DNA of 59,597 nucleotides, filler included, from Trypethelium eluteriae (taxonomy: Eukaryota), in the NCBI GenBank assembly GCA_051942245.1. It is 2 parts of 2 records of this genome, joined end to end, with 100 filler letters (N's around TTAATTAATTAA, not from the genome) between each part and the next. Parts side by side here need not be neighbours in the genome. Positions count along the whole stretch, not along the records: positions 1 to 29,789 come from JAVECL010000288.1; 1 more part is not named here. The stretch is one strand, 5' to 3'. A program made the translations under genes and the position numbers. Positions 13,721-23,744 of the stretch are shown in pieces. How positions within the stretch are numbered: the stretch's first letter is position 1; each line of letters opens with the position of its first letter. The notes below the pieces were generated by a model. It searched no databases. It was not told where the DNA came from and was given only the letters and a program-made list of their open reading frames with translations.

Positions 13721-14864
13721 ACTTGTAGCGTGTCGAGCAGGCATTGTGTGCACGCCTTTGGCCTACCGTCGATCCGTGACACTTGTGAAGCTATCCGGAG
13801 CGTTGGCGAATGGAACGGTGGGAAGTCGAGTTCGTCTGTCCGCTTGGTAGGAATGCAATGATAAGACTTCTCAAGCGGTACTTTCCTGTTACAACTTACT
13901 CATAATTTCCACTGGTCGAGAGTAGCTTCAATACTGGTTTGTTGCTTGTGTCTACTGTGCAAATTCGCTCTAGATGAATGAGCAGACTCAATGCTACGAA
14001 TTCGCACGAAAGGGCTGTTACACGCGCTACTAAGCCATTGTCCTGACATGCTGATGAGAGTGTATGCTCGCGTCGATCAAAATTCCCACAAAAGCGTCAA
14101 TAACTCCCAGTCGTGTTCTGTCTCACAGAGAACGGTTACGGGCTGCAATTTTGCTGAATGGCAGATGACGCCTTGCATGAGGCTTTCTGGCAGGAGGCTT
14201 GATATGAGAACACCGCAGTAAACAATAAATGTGATCCCCTTGCATTTTACATCCACCATTGTGACAATACAGAGTAGTCATCATTGGTGAATTGTGGGCC
14301 TTGAGGCTTCCCAGTGCTCATTCGGAATTGTGTAGTATCGTGTCATGTGTGCACTGGCGTAGCGGGGGTGCAAGTGCTGCTTGATGGTAAGGCCTATGAG
14401 GCTGACACTCTGTGCGGTATGTGGAACCAAGGGGTGAGTTCTATCAGGAAGAGGTCATCTGCGCAGGATTAGACGCCCGGGCAGGAATGTATGGAGTGGT
14501 ATGATAAGAAGACCGGGAGCCGAGGCCTGGGGAAAAGGACGTGGCCGTAGGTCCATCAACCCACCCCACTCGTGGGGCCGTACGAATTCTGGCCACGGCC
14601 TTTTGCCTCACCCCTCGACCTTTGCGGTACCTTGAATTCAGGAACACATCATACCCTGCAAATTCCATGAGCTAATTGAACCTCACGCGTCGTCGAGGAA
14701 ATCATCGCAACGGCAGTCTCGAGGCGATTTCGAGCACAGAGGTTTCTCGCGCGCCACGACCGTTTTCTGTTCCATAGCGACCGGATAAGCAAGGCCGGCC
14801 GCCAGCATCGCTATGCGAAATCCATTGCTTCGCAGAGAATGCGATAGATTATGCAATAGCGCCA

Positions 14865-15944
14865 ATGGGTAAACCACTCACACCAAAAGTCATTGCCACG
14901 CGCAAGCGCAAGGCAGAGGACGCGATTCGGAGGAAAGTACAAGAGGGGCATAAATTTAAGGGCATAAAGGGCGTGAGAAATGTACTCCTGGAGGACTGCG
15001 AGGACACGGGTGTAGAAGAAGACTTCTACGATTGTCTTACCGTGGAAGACCTAGCGGATCTTCTGGTCAAATTCGTCGATGAAGGCGTATATCCCGCCGA
15101 GCCACCTCCACTCCACAACCCTGTACCCGTTCCACTTGGGAAAGACATTAATGTTACGCGCACTGTTACCCACCAGTCCGACAGCGGAGTCGGCTCGTCC
15201 ATCGAAAGTAGCCACAGTGACAAGGACCGCGAAGATCAAAACGAATCAGGAATCCCGAATAAGAGGACGGGGAGTCGGGACAGCTCGAACTCGCTGAGCC
15301 ACGAAGACCAGGTACGAAGCGCCAACCAACCCCAGTCATGGATGCAAGCTGCTGACTCCATATATTGTCGCTAGTACGACGAGTTCTTCATGAACATCAA
15401 ACTCCCGGGCTTGACCGACCCCGAATTGTTGAGAGCATGCCGTTGCGGCAAGAAACAGAGCTACATCTCTGCTGACGTCTTCACCCAAAGCTCTCTTCAA
15501 CCTCGGCCAAATGAGCAGATCAGGCTCCCGTGCTGGGAGGTAGGCAGTGAGATGAAGTCAAGGAGGAGTATCATATTCCAAGTTGCAGGCCGAGAAGAGG
15601 TTATTTGTGACCTGGCGATCGGCAAGAGCTATTTCGAAGAAGACGAGGACGTGGAGGGTGAACTGCCATCAGGTGTGCAAGCGAATTTTCTTACACCGGG
15701 TGGGTGCCAGACTTGATGTCTACGCATACGACAGAATTAACGCTGTTCAGTCGAGACCACGGTCAGTGCGAACTCAGTACTTGATTCGAGCTTGCAGCTT
15801 AATGCCGGCGAATTTGCCGCCGATTTCTACTTTCGTCTCAAAAAAAATACCGAGGCCAGTCTGTATACAGGCATGTCGAATAATCGCAGGATCAGCTCAG
15901 GGTCCGAAGGTCGACATCGCTCACGGCCGGGTGGTTACGGGTGA
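14865..15944 (+). CDS. Hypothetical protein with a probable degenerate retropepsin-like domain
   Basis: Introns 15312-15374 and 15700-15750 give a continuous frame. Middle exon has RACRCGKKQSYIS at the DSG position and CDLAIGKSYF at the DLLVGR position. Confidence 0.5.
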
Positions 15945-16647
15945 CCATTTATTTCGAGCTCTGTCGCCTGATGCAAATAGAGCTAGGAATTTCGTCTTCC
16001 ATTGTCGATGATCTGACACGAAGCATCTCTTCGCTCAGCTTCGGATAGACTGTGTAGCTTGATGACAACTCGCCACTGGATGAGATTATCACACCCGGCG
16101 GTAATGGAAGCGAGACTTCAAATGAAGCCATCGACACACGCCGGCGTACCTCAGCTCCACAAACCTAGGTTGCTCGAAGGTAGCAAAGAGCTTGTGAGTC
16201 ATCTTTGAGTTGGGCGAGCTCTCGATAATATGGACTGAACTGACTGCAGTACGTGGAGAAGTTGACACGTGGCGGCTTGAAGCTTGCCGTTACCGCAAGG
16301 CGTGAAGAAGCGTCTGCTGGTCCACAAACTAGACGAGGATAGAAGAGAGGTTCGCGGCTGGACAGTGTGCGAAGGCGACGTAGGGATAAAGATGTGAGGT
16401 CGGTTTCCTGCATGAAAGTCTTTTCCGGTGTAACGGCTTTTGTGCAACCAGACGTTGTACCCCGTACCTCACCGTTTCCATGCTATCACTCAACATTATT
16501 TTGGTAGCCTTCGGGCTTGTGTAACTTGGAAGCAAGGACCTGATATAGAAAAAAATTAGCATGTACTGAACGTGATGTCACATTGAGTACAAGATTGGCT
16601 GTCATGTGTTCAGTCGCGAATAAAGGCAGGAGAGTGTGGGCACTCCA

Positions 16648-17700
16648 TGTCACGCCAGGAACGGGAGCAAGTCCGAATCAGGGGAGCGGAGGAGAGGCTG
16701 AGCGGGAGTGGCTGAGCCGGCGTTGACCCGTTCCCCCTGTCGACTCAATCGCGACTCATGTCATTGGTGGATGTTCTCAGATTCTCTTACTCTATGGTGT
16801 CGTTTCTTGCTTGCTCTTGCTGATCTTGAAATTCTTGGTTCGAATGATTTCATCTATTCTACAGAGATTGCTGGACAGATATTGGCATCACTTCGGTCTC
16901 AGGGAACTATTTCAGAATTGGGACTCCTTTGTTAGATCCTCGACTAGTAACACACACTGCAAAAGAATGAAGAAGTAGAAATATGCCTATTTTATTTTCA
17001 TGAATTCATGAAGAGTGCGTTATCTATGAGAGACTAAATATCCTGTCTTCTCACTGATATCCTAGATCGTAGTGTGACCGTGCAGTTTGCGTGAGTTGTC
17101 TGGATATATTCAAGACTGCTTGATATGTCTTGGGATCATTTACATGGCTTTCTCGACAGGATGAGAGGGTCGAGAGGTGCGAGAGGTAGGGTAGCTCAGC
17201 GCGTGCGAGAGGAAGTAATAACAGCGAATGCAGAAGGTCTACCATAAGGACTGAGAATTACATGATGCCAAATAGATAACTGTCTGCTAAGGTATGTACA
17301 AAATTGATTTCCTGATAATGAATAGATGGGTGGTTATTGCTTGATGTCTTGAACCTCCTGCCTGTACACACGCGTTCATATCCCTTGCTTCCTTCCTGCA
17401 CCACACTATACTTTACCATAATAGACATATGTTAGAGTCCCGCAGCCATTTTCACCACAGTATTACGATCTATTGTATTGTCAAGAACGTTTGAAGATGC
17501 TAATGATTAAATGCTGAATGTCATGGAATGATGGAAATTCTCTGAGATAGTGTACTTTTTTTTTTTTTAAAAAAAAAGAAAAAAAAAAGACTCTCTAAAC
17601 TAGAACCTTAAACACTAGAATTAGTAAGTCTAGCTACTAATCATCAGAGATTATAGATAAATGAGATGTATACATATGTACTCATAAAGTATTCTTGAAC
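16648..17700. mobile_element. Degenerate repeat-derived region (possible solo LTR plus AT-rich RIP-like relic)
   Basis: Starts TGTCACGC; LTR-like end TAGATCGTAGTGTGAC at ~17063-17078; no convincing ORF; TpA-rich after ~17250. No target-site duplication found. Confidence 0.3.
17556..17588. repeat. Homopolymer tract T13-A9-G-A10
   Basis: Read directly from the sequence. Confidence 0.9.
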
Positions 17701-17911
17701 CTGAAGTCAGATAAAAATGGCAGAGATTGTGGACTATTGGTAGATATACATACTACGCTTTGCCCCTTTCCCTCGACATTCACAAAAGGGAATAGCCGTA
17801 TGTATCCGGTCCGGGGATCACAGACCTCGTCATTGATCGATCCTAAGTAGTCACACTAGCTTGTCTTCGTTAGTAGTGGGATAAGAAATTGAACAGACTT
17901 AATATTACTAG

Positions 17912-18288
17912 CTACTTGAGTGCAATGCTTTTGAACCATGGGTGTTCCAATGCTTGCTTTGCAGAAATCCGTCTTTTAGGATCTAAATTCATCATGGAAA
18001 GGATAAGATCTTTAAAGGCGTCGTCCTTAACCTCAGGCCTTGTCGAGAAATGCTTATACCCGTGGTCTTCATCGTCTTTGCCATCATATGCATTGCTCAG
18101 AAGCTGTAAGCTGATCTCATCATCCCCGACATGCGTCAACAACCCGTTGATGCCGTCTCTGTCACCAAACCAAAGTACGATATTTGCCTCTGCAGCCGGA
18201 CCATCGAGGCTAGTGCCTCTTGTTCTGTATATTTCCTCATGTCATTGTCCAATCCAAAGACGACACGGCCAAGAATCTTGGCCGTGTC
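17912..18288 (-). pseudogene. Ser/Thr protein kinase C-lobe fragment, truncated and frameshifted
   Basis: ILGRVVFGLDNDMRK..RLQRQISYFG, 5-bp duplication, DRDGINGLLTHVGDDE..FKDLILSMMNLDPKRRISAKQALEHPWF (subdomain XI). The upstream part is replaced by a MITE. Confidence 0.8.
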
Positions 18289-18755
18289 CAGGGCGTCCAG
18301 TGATTCGTTCGATACGATTCGATACGATTCGGCCGAATCGTATCGAATCGTCCGATGGATTCCAATTCGCTCGCTTAACCACCCATAGGGTTCAATAATT
18401 TACCTCCAAATTTGCCTAGAAAACTAAGAATTAGTTAGAAATAGTCTAAGATTTAGCTTAAGCTGAAACTAATTTTATTAGGCTGAATTGCAGAGATAAA
18501 ATTTATATAGAGGTTTACACAGAGGTCTGTATGTAGATCTAAATAAAGGTCTGCACAGAGGTCTACATAAAAGTCTGCATGTAGGTCTGCCAATTTTACT
18601 GTAAAATTTTTATACAAATTCAAATAGAGTGGGTTTATGGGGATTAGGCTAATTTACTAGCGAGATAATCGATTCGGCCGATCGATTCTCGATTCAGAGA
18701 ATCTAGATTATCTAATCCGATTATATCGATAAGATAAGCATCACTGGACGCCCTG
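18289..18755. mobile_element. Non-autonomous TIR element (MITE), hAT-like
   Basis: Perfect 16-bp TIRs CAGGGCGTCCAGTGAT (18289-18304) and ATCACTGGACGCCCTG (18740-18755); clustered CGATTCG/CGAATCG subterminal motifs at both ends; AT-rich non-coding interior. Confidence 0.85.
18509..18592 (+). repeat. 7 x 12-bp degenerate tandem repeat (approx. AGAGGTCTGCAY) inside the MITE
   Basis: agaggtttacac agaggtctgtat gtagatctaaat aaaggtctgcac agaggtctacat aaaagtctgcat gtaggtctgcca. Confidence 0.8.
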
Positions 18756-19291
18756 GTACAAATTATTATTCGACAATCTCTTGAGCCTAAAAGGCGGTGA
18801 CTGTGCAACAGCAGACGAGCCTAGTATACATGTGTGATCTTTTCTGTCTACCTTATGAAGCACCCCCCAGTTTTGGAGTGCGGGTTTTTCTGTCAACCGC
18901 GTGCCAGGTATCTAGGTAACGTATGGGATATCCCGCTAGCACGATGGCGGGATCCTCTTCTGCTCTTGAAACACCACAAACTTGGGGCACGAAAATACAG
19001 CGCTCAAGACAATAGAACAAGATAGCATAAGCCACCCAAGACCGAACTAGGCTTTCTTGTATCGCCCGCGCCCTCAGGCATCAGCAACTCTGTGGACCGA
19101 AGCTTAGCTGACAGCGCCGCACCCTCTTGTCAAAGTCTAGTGGCTCAATATCACATGGTTAGCCAGCCGCTGAAGACGAAATAGCCCTCTGACCACTTGT
19201 GGACCACCGACTGGCGTAGTAAAGCTAGACTGTATATCTGTATCCTTATGTATTTCTACATTAACGTGGCCAAGACGGCATTCACATCCAA

Positions 19292-21415
19292 TTAAACAAG
19301 CGTTACTACGGTGGGCTCTGGATTTGCGTTCAGCCACTCACTCAATGGCAACACCAAACTTGCAATCCTCATCTTTGTCCCATTATCCCCCCTTGCTAGG
19401 ACTAAGACACCCACCATATCGCTCTTCCAATTATTATACTGGAATGAATCCCTAATGAACGGCCAAAATTTGACAAACATCAGGTCAACAACGAAGTATT
19501 GCGATTCGATTATTTCGGAGACCTCCGGATGCAGGCGGAAAAAGTGGTCTATAGGCTCAAAGTAATCAAATTCTCCGGTCGCATCCCACATGGAGTTGTC
19601 ATCCGCATCAAGCAGTGTCCAGTGATCTCCCACAGCTTTCCGTTGCTGTGTTGATCGGGGACCAAGGTGCGTAAGAGCTTGGCCCTGTCGTCGCACTAGT
19701 CTCACCTTGAAAGTAGCCACGGATGATGCGATCTGCAGTTCTTGCTGATCTGCTCCGGCAATATTTGTCACGATCCTTGCTGGTTCAGGGATGGATGTGC
19801 TCGACAGAGCCCGATCCCCAAAGTCGTTACCGCTCACCTCTTGGATTTTAGCTTCGTCGACCACCGTCGAGTCGAAGTTGCTCTCAATGTCGTGTAGCCA
19901 GTATGTGTACTCAATGCGGCCTTCCCATCCGGCCCAGCTCCAACTTGGAAACCTATTGCATCGCCGAAGGCAATGTGCATGGTGTGGCTTCCACAGTAAT
20001 GATGGCAAGAAGCCTTCCTTTGGCAATCCTTGGAAGAAACTCACTCCAGTGTTTCTGGTGAGGTGGCTGAAGATCCCCTGGCACGCATGGAACAAATCCG
20101 CTAGGAAAGTCAATTTCCGTCCCGAGTAGGTGGAAAGAAAATTACTGTAATTAGCGAAGGACCACTGTGAATGGCTGAGATCAACAGCGTTGCAGTCATC
20201 CCAGTAAAATTCATCACTCAGGAGCGACCGAGCTCGATCAAAAGAGAAATCAATACTCATAGAGTCATGAAAGTATTCCTCCTTACATTTCCACGTTATC
20301 TGATTGTGGTCAAAAGTAATACATCTTCTGGAGAAGAGACCTTCCTGCATAGTCCACGCACGATTATCCCAGTGCGAGGTCCCAGGACCCTCCCAAGCAT
20401 GGGGAAGATGCGTAGCCACCAACCGGCCCAGCTTCGACGGTACCTGGGGCTGTTGAACTTGTTTCAATGAGCGTGAGATTCCGGTAAGTCCTGCATCCGC
20501 GTTCTCGCCGTCGAGTGCAATGATGGTTAGATAAGCACCTTTATACACGAGATCCATGTTGTTGACTTGTTCTTGGCGGTGTTCAGGATCATGTTGGTTA
20601 ATGCAGAATGCATCCACCCAAAGATACCTTTCACCAATCCGATATGTGAACGTGATAGCGTCTTCGATTGTCCTGGGTAATGAGGACGGAAGCCGGACTT
20701 CTTTGTTTTCGCTGCTTGATTTACCGTCGAATATGTTCCAGTTCCAATTCTCGTAGCGAGCTCGAGGAAGGCGACCCCAAACGTAACTCAACGCGACGTA
20801 CCGATCGACACGTTGAAATGGTTTAATGAAGCATGTCTGGACATCTATCATATAGAGATCTGAGAAACGTCTTTCCTTGGTATCGGTTTCATTACAGCTC
20901 TGGATATGTCGGTCCTGACAGATTTGCAGCCAACTTTTGATAAGATCATAGTCTAGGAGCCCTCGTGCCTCGTCATCCTTTCTAAGTCTTGGGAACATAT
21001 GGTCCTTTTCGAGAGAACCATTAGCGGATGGAACAATGCTCACACAAACCCACGGATCGTGTTCGTAGCTGAGTACTCAAATTTGTAGCCAAGCATAGGG
21101 AATTGGGGGAAGTTCCGAGTCGATCGCAACCGCTCTATACCACGGCCGCTTTTCTCGATCGTGGAGAAGAGAGATCGCCTTCTTCTGACCATAACCTTTC
21201 CAAAATGCCTCGTTTCCCTGCCGAGGATAGGATAGCTCACAAGCTTGGATGAGAAAGTTGCAAAACTGGCAAGAATGTTTCGTAGCTTCGCACTGGGCAG
21301 CACTCCCTAAAACGACGCGTTTTGCTTTCGGATTCGAAGCAGTATCGAATAGCCCAGAAAGATCAAGTTGCGAACAGCGTGAGCACAATTCTTCGGGAAG
21401 GGATTCAGCTGTCAT
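19292..21415 (-). CDS. HET (heterokaryon incompatibility) domain protein with one in-frame TGA at 21077-21079
   Basis: N-terminal LCSRC..CQFCNFL; RYVALSYVWG, LPRTIEDAI, RYLWVDAFCINQ, MDLVYKGAYLTIIA, WDNRAWTMQE, RFPSWSWAGW. The two track ORFs are in the same frame across the stop. Start may be 21454. Confidence 0.9.
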
Positions 21416-22352
21416 AGATTCGTAGCCATGCGTAGGCTCGCTCGTTGATTGCATCCATCGCTGATTGAGTCGGGCCTTGCGAAGATCCCGCCCTGTGCGT
21501 GAACGGGTGAGTGAGCTGTCCTCGCGGCTTAGGGAGGAAAGTTTTCTGTGACTCTTCCTTTTGGAGGATGTATCGAGGCTCGCACTAAGCGAACTCACTG
21601 TCAGCTTGGGTTGCAGCTGCAAGTCTTTTCGTTGATGGATTTGGCAGGAACCAAGAGAAAAGAATAATCTGCGGATAGTGAACGATGGTGCCCTTCTAGC
21701 TTGAAAGATCTTCTCACAATGCTTGATACTTACGATCTCATAGCGAACCATGCTTGAAAAGGGTTAGAACTTTTGTAGGCACAGAAACCCGAGGTCAGAT
21801 ACATTCCATCGAATCCTTGTCCGATTGACGCTTAGTTGAAACAAGCACAGACCATGAAGAAAGACGAGTGCGTCGATGAGGAGGGAAGACCGGCTTCCTT
21901 TGTAAGTCGGAGCGGGTGCCCATAGTGCCCAGAAGCTTGTTACTTCGACGCTCTAATGATGGGCGTGGGTTGGCCAATTTTGGGGGTGATGCAACGATCC
22001 AGACCTGCTCAAGGACAATTTGTAGAGGTGATAGTCACTGCAAGGACTAGACTTGAACCTCGCTGTTCCGCTCTACTGAGTCCAGTGGTTGCTTGAGAAT
22101 GCATAAGAGCATCTAAGCGGTGAAGCAGGCCACCTACAAAAGCCTGGAGGTACGGAGTACCTTAAGGAAAGGTCGTTACCAGATGAAGCCGCATTGCCGC
22201 ACAGAAAATTGTTGCGGAATCTTTCCCGAGGCTCTGCCTCTACTCGGGGGCCGACTTCAATGAGATCGCTTTCTCTGCCCACCAGACCATTTTAAAGAGC
22301 TCCTTGGCCCCTATGAATCCCCCGTCATAAACATCTTCAATGCCGCAGCGCA

Positions 22353-23308
22353 ATGCAACAGCCCCACCTAGGTGTCCAGAGCGATGAGCAAGGCAGGACT
22401 TCAACCATCGATCCCACTAAGCATGAGGACCTCTCAACGCTATGCCAGCGACTACATGCTCGAGTCAGTGCCTTCATAGCCGCAAAAGCGCCCGAGCAGG
22501 GATATTTAAGGTCCACTCAAGAGCAAACAAGAGTGAGTTTGAGGGTCATTGAAGAGGCACTGGATAGATACAGGTTCGTACGTTTGTCTCCCTGCAACAG
22601 CCACACAAATTCTGAGCACGAGGGCCGGGATAAAGTTAACCAAATCAGCAGCTTAGATCAGTTGTCCTTGTCCTATAACGGTGGTAAAGATTGCCTCGTC
22701 CTCCTCGTCCTATTCCTTGCTTCCCTGCATACCAAACGCCTCTCTTCCAACCGCCCCTTACTTCAATCCGTTTTTATCCTTTCAGCACATCCGTTTGCCG
22801 AAGTCGATGACTTTGTCAATGACTGCATACGTGTATATTCCCTAGATCTTGCGAGATACGCGAAGCCCATGAAAGCGGCTTTTGAGGATTACTTGAACGA
22901 GAAGCCGAACGTCAAAGCCATTTTGGTGGGCACCAGGAGGACGGATCCACATGGGGAGAATCTGACACATTTTGATGAGACTGACAGAGGATGGCCAAGA
23001 TTCATGAGGGTGCATCCGGTCATTGACTGGCACTATGCTGAGATCTGGACAGTATGATTTGGTTCCAATTTCGCAATAACCGGAAGACCAAGGCTAACGA
23101 AGTCTGATAGTTCATACGACACTTGGAAATACCCTACTGTCCACTTTACGACAAAGGATATACATCTTTGGGGGGCACAACAGATACACATCCAAATCCC
23201 GCATTGAAGCACGACATAGATGCAAAAGGCAATGCAAACGAGATCAAGTATAGACCAGCTTACGAGCTCATAGAAGATAACGAAGAGCGTCTTGGGCGGG
23301 ATAGGTAG
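22353..23308 (+). CDS. FAD1: FAD synthetase (PAPS-reductase-like FMN adenylyltransferase)
   Basis: LSYNGGKDCLVLL, VGTRRTDPHG, FMRVHPVIDWHYAEIW, YCPLYDKGYTSLGG, ERLGR. Introns ~22574-22651 and ~23052-23110. Confidence 0.92.
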
Positions 23309-23744
23309 GGTGGTGATTTTGGATATGGCATTAGGTGGTGGTTTGCTGGAGTTCAACAGAGTAGTGGCGGAGGTCAATCACCCAATGATCTTGATAGACG
23401 ACCAATAACAAGGATTCGATTTTAAATGAAGCGCCAGAAGGGAGGGGACCCATACCCAAAACAGTTTTTGCTGCCAAATGCAAGAATGACGTGCGCTGGA
23501 AACCCCTGCAAATGCAGGTGGACCGGGCTGGGCCCTCGGGATTCAATGATGCGGAGAGAGTAAAAATGAGTAAAAAATTCCCCTTCTTAGGTAGGACACA
23601 GTAATCACCCACCAGAAACAAAATTGCCGCTGCCTTTTTCCTCTCCTCTTGCCACAACTTCAAATGTCAGCTCGATCGAAATAATTTCTTCCTCGTACTT
23701 CTCCGCTTCTTCTATTCCTCGCGCATCTCTAGACCCTACCTCAA

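Noticed and set aside
15949..16562. Short minus-strand ORFs after an intron-like acceptor
   Set aside because: Interrupted by stops and no family recognised.
16997..17012. 16-bp palindrome TTCATGAATTCATGAA
   Set aside because: A tandem copy of one 8-bp palindrome in AT-rich relic DNA; no evidence of function.
18300..18730. CGATTCG and 12-bp repeats as a CRISPR-like array
   Set aside because: No repeat-spacer structure; eukaryotic context; explained by the MITE.
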